A stretch of DNA of 64,000 nt, taken from Thermodesulfobacteriota bacterium (lineage in GTDB: Bacteria > Desulfobacterota_D > UBA1144 > Nemesobacterales > JAJCZQ01). This document shows positions 29,393 to 38,792 of this stretch, in pieces. Under the pieces are notes generated by a model. That model was given only the letters and a program-made list of their open reading frames with translations. It made no database searches and was not told where the DNA came from. Location of the stretch: contig OZ244044.1 in the NCBI GenBank assembly GCA_965215275.1, positions 1,696,001 through 1,760,000 of the forward strand, given 5' to 3'. The position numbers and the translations under genes are program-made. Position 1 is the stretch's first letter. Each line of letters starts with the position of its first letter.

Positions 29393-30727
29393 TTGAAAAA
29401 GTCAGGTTCTGTATTCTTACGGTCTGGCTGTGATAAGTTACGGATAAGGTGCTTGGTATTTACAATGCAGGGTAATTTTAACGAATGGATCAATGCTTTC
29501 GACGGTTCAAGGACCCACAGGTTCTTCAGTGCCTTGGAGATGGGTAAAAGTGCTGTTTTCAACCCACCGTCAAAACTGTCCGCGATCCTGGAAAGGGTTC
29601 TCGGTGGCAGAACGATAAACAGGGACGAGTCCCTTTATCTGACCGAACTTGAACCAAAGGACGTTCCGTATCTTTTATACGCGGCATCCGAGGTAAGGGA
29701 TGAGGGAAAAGGGAACGAACTTTCCTACACAAAGAATATATTCGTCCCTCTGACGCGGGTCTGCAGGGACCGCTGCGGATACTGCACGTTCAGGATAGAA
29801 CCTGGTGAAGCTGAACTGTTCGTTACCATGGAAGAGGTCCTTGCAATGGCCGACAAGGGAGCCGCTCTTGGGTGTAAGGAACTGCTGTTCGTTCTGGGTG
29901 ATAAACCTGAGCTTAAGTACGAAGAATACAGAAAGGCACTGAACGGCATCGGCTACCGGACCACTGCGGAGTATTTAATAGACGTCTGTAATGCAAGTCT
30001 GGAAAGAAATATTTATCCTCACTCCAATCTCGGACTGTCAGACCCGCAGGAACTGTCGGCATTAAGGCGGTCCAATCCGAGTATGGGGCTTATGCTTGAA
30101 AATATCAGCGAACGATTACTGAAGAAAGGACAGGCACATCATGGATGTGCCGATAAGGTACCGAAACTGAGAATGCAGACGATGAGACACGCGGGTGAGT
30201 TGAGAATTCCCTGGACGTCTGGAATACTTGTCGGAATAGGGGAGACTTGGGAAGAAAGAGTGGATTCGCTCTTCGCTCTGAAGCAGCTTAACGATGAGTA
30301 TGGGCATATTCAGGAGATCATCGTTCAGAATTTCAGTCCCAAGAGCGGAATAAGAATGGAAAAGTTCCCTCCTCCTTCTTTTAACGATATGTTGAAGACG
30401 GTGGCAATATCGCGGCTGATCTTCGGAAAGGATATGAACGTCCAGATACCTCCTAATCTGAACGGAGAGAGCTATGCCCTTTATCTGCTTGCAGGAATAA
30501 ACGACCTTGGGGGCGTTTCACCTCTTACGATCGATTATGTAAATCCCGAGTGTCTGTGGCCTCAGGTCGATGAGATGACGGAAGAGGTCGAGGCAATGGG
30601 ATTTGAGCTGAGGGAGAGACTGCCCGTTTATCCTGAGTTCATAAGTGAAGAATTTATTGACCCCGATGTACTTCAGAGGATCAGAGGTGAGACCGACGGA
30701 TCAGGATTTATCCACAAGGAGACCTAG
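29393..30727 (+). CDS. cofG: FO synthase subunit CofG (start may lie further downstream)
   Basis: PLTRVCRDRCGYC, HIQEIIVQNF, QIPPNL, DLGGVSP, DYVNPE. Confidence 0.92.
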   Translation: MKKSGSVFLRSGCDKLRIRCLVFTMQGNFNEWINAFDGSRTHRFFSALEMGKSAVFNPPSKLSAILERVLGGRTINRDESLYLTELEPKDVPYLLYAASEVRDEGKGNELSYTKNIFVPLTRVCRDRCGYCTFRIEPGEAELFVTMEEVLAMADKGAALGCKELLFVLGDKPELKYEEYRKALNGIGYRTTAEYLIDVCNASLERNIYPHSNLGLSDPQELSALRRSNPSMGLMLENISERLLKKGQAHHGCADKVPKLRMQTMRHAGELRIPWTSGILVGIGETWEERVDSLFALKQLNDEYGHIQEIIVQNFSPKSGIRMEKFPPPSFNDMLKTVAISRLIFGKDMNVQIPPNLNGESYALYLLAGINDLGGVSPLTIDYVNPECLWPQVDEMTEEVEAMGFELRERLPVYPEFISEEFIDPDVLQRIRGETDGSGFIHKET

Positions 30728-30730
30728 TCA

Positions 30731-31948
30731 ATGGAAGATATAAAGGATCTAATGCCTGTTATGGAAGAAAACCGTGCTGCCGGGCTTGATAGTGCCTTAT
30801 CGAAAGTCAACGGTATGACGGGCGCCATAATTGATAAGGCCCTGTGTGGCGGTGAAATAACCGTCAAGGAAGGAGAGCACCTGTTCTATATCGATGATCC
30901 GAGGGAGATCTCCACTCTGGCACTTGCCGCTGACCGTATAAGGAAGGACGACGTCGGGGACGTGGTTACTTACGTTGTGAACAGAAATATCAACTTTACT
31001 AATATCTGCAACGTTTACTGTGGTTTTTGTAACTTTATGGCACCGGAGGGGGACGAAAGAGCGTACTTTCTCTCCATGGACGAAGTTGCTGAAAGGACCA
31101 GGGAGGCCTGGGAGATCGGAGCAACAGAGGTCTGCATGCAGGGGGGAATGCATCCCGAGATCGATGGTAACTACTACGTTGATCTGATCAGAACCGTAAA
31201 GAAAGCCGTACCGGAGATGCATACTCATTCCTTCTCACCCTACGAGGTATGGTATGGAGCGGATACCCTTAACGTTCCGGAAGAGGATTTCATTGAGATG
31301 CTCAAAGACGTTGGTCACAATACTTTTCCCGGCACGGCAGCAGAAGTCTTGGTTGAAGACGTAAGAAAACTGATAGCACCGCGGAAGATCCCGACCCACG
31401 TCTGGATAAGGGTGGTGAAAAAGGCACACATGGCAGGGGTAAGAACTACTTCCACTATAATGTACGGTCATCTTGACGAACCTCATCACTGGGCTGTACA
31501 TCTTGGTATACTCAGGGACATCCAGAAGGAAACAGGTGGATTTACAGAGTTTGTACCGCTTAGGTTCATACCCTGGAACACGAGACTTTATACCCATTCA
31601 AAGGGTAAGGTCCAGAAGGGGCCTACGGATGTAGATCAGCTCAAGATGTACGCGGTTTCCAGACTTATGCTCAGGGGCTGGATAAATAATATTCAAGTCT
31701 CCTGGGTCAAGCAGGGTCCGGAATTTGCTCAGTTTTCCCTGACAGCGGGAGCTAACGACTTTGGAGGCACGCTAATGGAGGAGCAGATATCAAGATTTGC
31801 CGGTGCAAGCTACGGTCAGTATTTTCCACCGGAGGAATTTAGAAAGCTCACTCGTGAGATCGGAAGAGTTCCGGTGGAGAGGAGTACTACTTACGGTATT
31901 CTCAAGACTTTTGATGATAATGACAACGTTATTTCTGCAGTTTCCTGA
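30731..31948 (+). CDS. cofH: FO synthase subunit CofH
   Basis: NRNINFTNICNVYCGFC, PGTAAE, NIQVSWVK, GANDFGGTLMEE; adjacent to cofG. Confidence 0.92.
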   Translation: MEDIKDLMPVMEENRAAGLDSALSKVNGMTGAIIDKALCGGEITVKEGEHLFYIDDPREISTLALAADRIRKDDVGDVVTYVVNRNINFTNICNVYCGFCNFMAPEGDERAYFLSMDEVAERTREAWEIGATEVCMQGGMHPEIDGNYYVDLIRTVKKAVPEMHTHSFSPYEVWYGADTLNVPEEDFIEMLKDVGHNTFPGTAAEVLVEDVRKLIAPRKIPTHVWIRVVKKAHMAGVRTTSTIMYGHLDEPHHWAVHLGILRDIQKETGGFTEFVPLRFIPWNTRLYTHSKGKVQKGPTDVDQLKMYAVSRLMLRGWINNIQVSWVKQGPEFAQFSLTAGANDFGGTLMEEQISRFAGASYGQYFPPEEFRKLTREIGRVPVERSTTYGILKTFDDNDNVISAVS

Positions 31949-32032
31949 TCGACACACGGTTTTATTAGAGAATAATTCCTCCATCCCGAATATCATTGTC
32001 ATTGCAGGAAAGGAAAGAAAAAGAAATTACAC

Positions 32033-32062
32033 TTGACATTCGTTCATAATACGAAGTAAAAT
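32033..32062 (+). promoter_or_regulatory. Sigma70-like promoter upstream of S8 paralog 1
   Basis: TTGACA-18 nt-TAAAAT; conserved in the second copy at 48478-48507. Confidence 0.55.
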
Positions 32063-32175
32063 ATCAGTGTTATGAAAAATTTCATGAAAAGTTCAAACAT
32101 AAAAACACGTAGTTCCATTACCCCCCCCCGTGTATACCTGACCTTTCAGCCTGGTATAAGTGTTTTTTAAGAACA

Positions 32176-35100
32176 ATGTTTAAGATAATCCCCCCCCCCA
32201 TCTAAGTTAATCCTTTCTTTATTCTTATTTTTTCTGTGCATCATTACTATAGCTGCAAAAGGGCAGAGCAGCTTAGAAGAAACATTATCTGAATGCAGAG
32301 ATATCAGTGCAGACACGGAAGATCCGTTATACGGATGTCAGTGGCATCTGAAGAACACGGGGCAGCTTATTTATTCAGGAAAGAGAATAACATCAGGAGA
32401 AGATATAAACGTAGAGGGAGTGTGGAACGAAGACGTATACGGTACCGGAATTAACATAGCAATAGTAAGTGACGGTATCGACCTTTCACATGAGGACCTT
32501 TCTGCTAAGGTCCGTTCCGGACCGAACTATGATCTTTCTGAAAGAAATAATTCTGAAGAGAACAGTTCAGAAAAAGATAATTCAGAAAGAGATGATCTTT
32601 CATACGGTTCATCCTTTAGTGGAACACGAGCGGCAGGTGTAATAGCAGCAACTGGATATAACGGACTGGGAGTAAGAGGAACAGCACCTGGTGCGAGTAT
32701 ATACAGTTACGGGTTAACTGGTGATCTCAGGGAAGCGGACGCGGTGGTCCGTAATAAGGAAATAACGGCAGTATCGGTTAACGGCCGGGGATCTGAGGAC
32801 GGAGCTTTTTTTCAGGAGGCTTCATCTTCCTGGGAAGAAGGATTGGAACTTGGAATAAGTAAAGGGTTTTATGGTAAAGGAGTGTTTTACGTCCGGGGAG
32901 CAGGGGACGGGCATGAGAGCGGAGATCAGGCTAATTTTAATGAATATTCCAGCTATTACGGAGTAACGGCCGTTTGTTCAACTGACGGTTTTGGAAAAAA
33001 GAGTATTTTTTCAGAAGAGGGAGTAAATCTATGGGTATGTGCACCTGGTTCTGATATCGTGACCACGGATAACGGTGGTGGCTACACCGTAACTTCCGGA
33101 ACGTTCCTGTCAGCTTCACAGGTTGCAGGAGTGGCAGCACTGCTGAGAGAGATAAACGGGCAGCTGAGCTGGAGGGATATAAAGCTTATACTTGCGGGTT
33201 CAGCACGGCAGAACGATTTTTTTGACATGAGCTGGGAGACCGGAGCTGTTAAATACGGTTCTGACGTGGAAAGATATAAATATAGTCCCAGGTATGGTTT
33301 TGGCGTGGTAGACGCGGAAGCAGCCGCAGAACTTGCCAGAAACTGGAAAGGCGTTGGAGAGATGAGGACCGTTACAGCTTCTTCAGATAATGAACTGACG
33401 ATCCCTGATGGAGAAGAAAATGGAGATGGAGAAGCGGACGGGGTACTTACCTCCGGACTTGTGATACCGGACCTGGAGGAAATATTTACGGAATTCGTTG
33501 AGGTAGAACTTGTTTTTTCTCATGACCGCTTACAGGACCTCAATATACAGATAACCTCTCCTTCCGGGACAGTATCGGAACTTGTAAGGGAGTTTTCAGG
33601 GGAGGAAGAAGGCGCTGAGATCAGTTACCTGAGAAGAACACATCGTTTCGGGTCGGCTAAACACCTCGGAGAAGACCCTTCCGGAGAATGGACCCTTAAA
33701 ATATCCGATACTGCTTCCGGAGATGGAGAAGCAGAAAATTCAGAAAATACCGGGACCTTACACTCATGGAGCATCAGGGTCTACGGGCATGTTTTTTTAT
33801 CAGACCGTGGCAAGGAGATAACTACTAAAATAATAACCTTGCCACTTATTAGTGACAAGGTCTACGAACAAGGTAGACTAGTAAGTGAAGTGATGCCTGA
33901 AGCAACGGGAGGGACCGCTCCATATAATTATAGATTTGCTTTTACTTACCCTCTACCTAATGGATTGGAATTTGATCGTGACACCAGAGTGTTAAGTGGG
34001 GTACCAACTACTGTGGGTGTGACCAGTGTTGTATATGTGGCAACAGATTCAAGTCCCCAGGGTTTTTCCCGCACCCGTCAATTCCATATAACGATAACTG
34101 CTAACCCCGTGCCAACCTTCGGCAGTGAGACGGTAGAGGATCAGACGTGGGTTAATGGCAGCGCAGTAACGTTAACTCTGCCTCAGGCAACTGGAGGGAA
34201 TGGAACTTTAACTTACAGTATAGAACGAACTGGTAGCGGTGAAGAAGGTTTACCTGCTGGATTGGACTTTACCGCAAGCACCAGAGAGATAAGTGGAACG
34301 CTAAACGTTCGTGGACAATTACCTGTAACTGCTACTTATACCTACAAGGTAACTGATGATGACGGAGACACGGATACTCGCACCTTCTCTATTACTATAG
34401 AAGCTGATACAGAGCCGAGCTTTGGAGGTCAGTCAATTCCTGATCAGATATATATTCAAGGGACAACGGCAAACCTTCCAGTAACACTGCCTGCTGCAAC
34501 GGGAGGGAATGGGACTTTAACTTACAGTTTAGTTCCTAAACTGCCGGATGGACTGATATTTACCCCTGCTACCAGAGAGATAACAGGAACACCGACCACT
34601 GCAACGTCTGAGACTGATTACACGTATACGGTTGCTGATCTAGATGGAGATACGGATGAAATAGAGTTCAATATCACGGTAAGAACAGAACCGAACACAA
34701 TGCCGACCTTCGGCAGTGAGAGTATAGATAATAAGGTGTACATTAACGGCATTACAGCAGTAATGGAAACACTTCCTGAAGCAACGTCAGGGAATGCACC
34801 ATTAACTTACAGTTTAACTCCTGCCTTACCTGCCGGATTGGATTTTACCCCTGCTACACAAGTTATAAGCGGAACACCGACTACTGCAACGTCTGAGACT
34901 GATTACACGTATACAGTAACGGACGCAGATAATGATACAGATAAACTGGAGTTCAGCATAACAGTGGAAGAAGACAGCGAACCGGACTTCAGCGTGACGA
35001 CGATAGAAGATCAGGTGTACATGGGGAGATCAATAAGGTTGCCGGTAGCAACGGGAGGGAATGCACCGTTAGTATACAGTATAACGCCTCCCTTACCTCC

Positions 35101-35458
35101 TGGGTTGAGATTGGACAGAAACACCGGGGTAATAAGCGGGACGCCCGCGAGTGCGTCGTCTGAGAGGACCTACACGTACACGGTAACGGACAGGAATGGA
35201 GACATGAAAGAGTTGACCTTCAGGTTCAGTGCAGCGGCTCCGCCACCGACAGGTAGTGATCCAGGCGGAGGTGGAGGAGGATGTGCCGTATCAGATCAGA
35301 GCAGTGTTGCTTATGATATTCTCGGAGTAATGACATGTCTGATGCTTATACCCGTGTCGGTATTGATCAGAAGGAAAAGAAGATCTCAGATTAAGGACAC
35401 ATGTCACGATGGAGTAAGTGCTTGTGGGTGGCCTTTTGATATACTCTGCCGCCTTTAA
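32176..35458 (+). CDS. Kexin-like S8 pseudo-peptidase + P domain + putative Ig repeats + GGGGC/TM anchor, paralog 1 (frameshifted at poly-C)
   Basis: Signal peptide and DPLYGCQWHLKNTGQ in frame upstream of the ORF-track start 32420; LSWRD, YGFG, GEWTLKISD; repeated LPxGL/SGTP/YTVTD; GGGGGGC-TM-RRKRR. Confidence 0.85.
32190..32199 (+). repeat. Poly-C (C10) tract after the start codon; a second C9 tract lies at 32121-32129
   Basis: ATG TTT AAG ATA ATC CCC CCC CCC ATC TAA; C9 would restore the frame. Confidence 0.85.
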
Positions 35459-35810
35459 CTAATTTTGTGAAGTCTTGATGTAGAGCCTTATCGTCTGAAA
35501 CCAGTATGTTTACTCCGGTTACTTGTGCCAATGCGATAATATGTTCGTCGTTGGATTTAATAGTTTCCCTTAACCTGTCAGTTTTATCTTGAACTTTGTT
35601 ACTATTCTTTTCTATTTTGAGTTTTCCTGCTCGACTCCATTCTAGTTGTTGTTTTGTATTTATCCTTCCCCATTCTTGTTTGAATTTATCCGTATTGGCA
35701 ATAACAATTTTGCTGTTTTTTTTATCAAGCCATTTTCTGACGGGTGCCATATCCTCGTTATTAGGATTTGTTAATTTACCTAAACAATTGATGTCAAGAA
35801 TAATGCACAT
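35391..35810 (-). CDS. PIN-domain-like protein
   Basis: IILDIN at N-terminus, NDEHIIALA, LVSDD acidic pattern. Confidence 0.7.
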   Translation of the reverse strand: MCIILDINCLGKLTNPNNEDMAPVRKWLDKKNSKIVIANTDKFKQEWGRINTKQQLEWSRAGKLKIEKNSNKVQDKTDRLRETIKSNDEHIIALAQVTGVNILVSDDKALHQDFTKLVKGGRVYQKATHKHLLHRDMCP

Positions 35811-35813
35811 AGC

Positions 35814-37154
35814 TCAATCTTCGCTATTCCACAGTAACCTGTCCGTTTCTTTTAAGAAAAATTCTCTGTAAGATCCGGGAACTTCTGTTAAGTTACCCTT
35901 TTTGTCAAATTTGATGTTATGCACTTTAACATGTGCTCCTTTTGGTTCTAAATAGATTAGCGAGACGTTTTCGGGAGGGATATTGCCTCTTTGTATTTCA
36001 ATACGGGCACGGTCAATTATATAGTCGCTGTGTGTTTCTATTATAAAAGAATGTTTTTTTGTATTGACCGTATTAACAAATAAGGACATGAGTTCTGCTT
36101 GCCCTCTGGGATGTAAATGCACTTCTGGTTGTTGTAGAAGAAAGAATAAAGGATATTTACTGCTAAATATTCTGACAAGAATTGGCAGTATCTGACTTAC
36201 ACCATAGCCAACGTCCATAATGTTTGATCTTGGTCCCCTTACTTTGACTTGTATTTGAAAAGGGTCACTCATTGATTTACCATGCTTTTTTACTTCTATC
36301 TTATCAAATAACCCCGAATCTTCACCGAATGCGACTAGTTGCTGTTGTAGTCTTTGCCATTCAATATTTTTAGAAGACTTCATCCGCATTAATAACATTG
36401 GAATATCACTGCCTTCAGGATCTTCAAGTTCTTTTATCGGATCATAGGTGCGCTTAGGACGAGAGCGAACAGGAGCAAAACTAAATGGTCTTGAGAAATT
36501 TAACTTTCTAATGGTACTATCTTTTTCTGAAAGGAAACTATGTAGTGCTTTTCCCTCTGAGGATGATTTTATTTTTAACTGCCTGTCAAGGGTAAAAGAA
36601 ATATAATTGAGTACAAACATGGGGTTTATCGAAAAACCCATATTGCAACGGATATGGAATATCTTTTTGTTAATATTCGTTTTTTTAGTATCTACTACAA
36701 AAAATTCTTTTCTATATGCCTGTTGTGACCTGTCTTGAGTAAGGTGGATCTCACCATCATGAAATTTCAGGTTCATACATTCAAGTATTGGTTCGGCACT
36801 CTTTTCTTTTTCAACAATACTGATTGTGAAATCAACTTTTTCGTTGCTCTCAACCTCAAAACGGAAACCTAACTTGAATTTTTCACCTACGGGCCTTGTT
36901 CTTGTTACAATGTCCTTGAAACTCCCCATGGAATATGGTTCAACATTAAAATCCAAATTTAGGTTCCTACTTAAGGCAATGGGATCTGTTAAGGCAATGG
37001 AATCTGCCAAAACCTGAAAACATCCCATCGCAGTGCTTTTTCCCGTGCTGTTTTCTCCTACAAGGAAAGTGATAGGTCTGATATTAAATTCCTGCTGTCC
37101 GGCAAAACAACGGACATCTTCCATTACAAACTTTGTTATGTCTGGTTTTTTCAC
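35814..37154 (-). CDS. AAA/ABC-type ATPase (AbiEii/DUF3696-like)
   Basis: GENSTGKS, DVGYGVSQILP, QPEVHLHP, ETHS. Confidence 0.88.
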   Translation of the reverse strand: MKKPDITKFVMEDVRCFAGQQEFNIRPITFLVGENSTGKSTAMGCFQVLADSIALTDPIALSRNLNLDFNVEPYSMGSFKDIVTRTRPVGEKFKLGFRFEVESNEKVDFTISIVEKEKSAEPILECMNLKFHDGEIHLTQDRSQQAYRKEFFVVDTKKTNINKKIFHIRCNMGFSINPMFVLNYISFTLDRQLKIKSSSEGKALHSFLSEKDSTIRKLNFSRPFSFAPVRSRPKRTYDPIKELEDPEGSDIPMLLMRMKSSKNIEWQRLQQQLVAFGEDSGLFDKIEVKKHGKSMSDPFQIQVKVRGPRSNIMDVGYGVSQILPILVRIFSSKYPLFFLLQQPEVHLHPRGQAELMSLFVNTVNTKKHSFIIETHSDYIIDRARIEIQRGNIPPENVSLIYLEPKGAHVKVHNIKFDKKGNLTEVPGSYREFFLKETDRLLWNSED

Positions 37155-37185
37155 TTAACTACCACCACACCATATCATTACCAAA

Positions 37186-37450
37186 GGGAATTATATACTT
37201 TTTACTTGTTTTTGTTTACTAAATTATATAATCCCCAATATTTATTCCTATTTATATTAAAATTTCCGTAGTGAGAGCAATATCTATTATCACCATTTTA
37301 CCCTACTTCTGCTCCTCAAAAGCTTTCTTGCTGATTCCTCATCTGGAAACATTTTAAAGAATTTATAAAATCCGATTTTATAGTGTTGTGTTCTTTTATT
37401 CTCGTCAAATGATCCATTTGAAATCTTGGATAGTAAAGTATATAATTCCC
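37186..37450. mobile_element. MITE-like remnant bounded by IS1595-type inverted repeats
   Basis: gggaattatatacttt at 37186 and aaagtatataattccc ending 37450; extra internal end tatataatcccc ending 37236; no TSD seen. Confidence 0.6.
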
Positions 37451-37562
37451 TTTGTTTATGTATATAACTCCCATAAATAACTGGTAAATTGCCTGCATAA
37501 AATAAGGTATAAAATGGATAAAAACCAAACTATACTTATGGTGATGGGGAGCAATAAGACAG

Positions 37563-38792
37563 TTGCCTGATTGGGACTTTGGTGGAGCGGAAAAAGAGCG
37601 TCTTATACACAGGATACACAGCTACCCTGCTAAATTCCCCAGCTTTATAACCACAGAAGCTCTGAAATATGCAAAGAAAAAAGGTATAAACGTAAAGACT
37701 GTTGCAGATGTATTCTGTGGTTGCGGTACTACCGCAGTTGAAGCGAAAAGGAATGGCATAAGATTTTGGGGGTGCGATATAAATCCAGTTGCCGTAATGA
37801 TCTCTCAAGTCAAAACCAGGCGATATAAAGAAGATATGTTGAAAAAATACTTCTTTAATATTGTGGAGAGATTTGATTCAATAAAAATAAGTGAGCAAGA
37901 CACTGAAAATATAAACGACAGAATAAAATATTGGTTTAATGCAAAAACTATAAAAGACCTGTTAAAGTTAAAGAAGGCAATAGAAGAGGAGGTATCTAAT
38001 CGCAGTAAGTATAAAAATTTCTTTCTTTGTGCTTTTTCCAATATTCTGAAACCCACATCCAATTGGTTGACAAAGTCAATAAAACCACAGATAGACCCTG
38101 ATAAGTTACCAAGTAATGTAATAGAAGAGTTTGAGAAGCAGTTCAAGTTCATGGAAAAAGCCAGCGAAGAAAACATTTTTTCTAAGCAGGACACTCCTCA
38201 AATCCAAATAATACGGAGAAACTTCCTCTCAATAAATACCCGTAAATATAAAGCTGACCTGATCATTACAAGTCCACCATACGTTACATCTTATGATTAC
38301 GCGGATATACATCAATTATCAATTTTATGGCTTGGCTTTTATTCCAAATACCAAGACTTGAGAAAAAACATGGTGGGTAATATTTATGGTGTAGCAAAGC
38401 CCTCAAATGAAAAATTACAGTCTTTACCTTCTGTCGGAGAGCAGATATACAAAAAACTTCGTGAAAAACATAAGGCTAAAGCAAATTCCACGGCAAGATA
38501 TTTCATAGATATTAGGGAGGCAACTGAAAATTGCTATAAAATCTTAAACAAGAATGGAATGACAGTATTTGTGATAGGTAACACGAATTATAAGGGCGTG
38601 GAAGTGGACAATGCACAGTTTTTGGGAGACTGTATGGAAAGTGCCGGATTTAAGAAGATTGAAAAAATTCCTCGTAAAATATCATCTAAGACATTAACGC
38701 CTTACAGAGATGCCAAAGGACGTTTTACCAGAGATAAAAACCACAGAAAAGTATACAGTGAAGAATTTATTTTTATAGGCAGGAGGATGTGA
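37563..38792 (+). CDS. Amino-DNA methyltransferase, probably N4-cytosine (start uncertain)
   Basis: HSYPAKF, DVFCGCGT motif I, TSPPY motif IV. Confidence 0.9.
   Translation: MPDWDFGGAEKERLIHRIHSYPAKFPSFITTEALKYAKKKGINVKTVADVFCGCGTTAVEAKRNGIRFWGCDINPVAVMISQVKTRRYKEDMLKKYFFNIVERFDSIKISEQDTENINDRIKYWFNAKTIKDLLKLKKAIEEEVSNRSKYKNFFLCAFSNILKPTSNWLTKSIKPQIDPDKLPSNVIEEFEKQFKFMEKASEENIFSKQDTPQIQIIRRNFLSINTRKYKADLIITSPPYVTSYDYADIHQLSILWLGFYSKYQDLRKNMVGNIYGVAKPSNEKLQSLPSVGEQIYKKLREKHKAKANSTARYFIDIREATENCYKILNKNGMTVFVIGNTNYKGVEVDNAQFLGDCMESAGFKKIEKIPRKISSKTLTPYRDAKGRFTRDKNHRKVYSEEFIFIGRRM

Noticed and set aside
37178..37458. Target-site duplication around the MITE-like remnant
   Set aside because: Flanks ttaccaaa and tttgttta do not match
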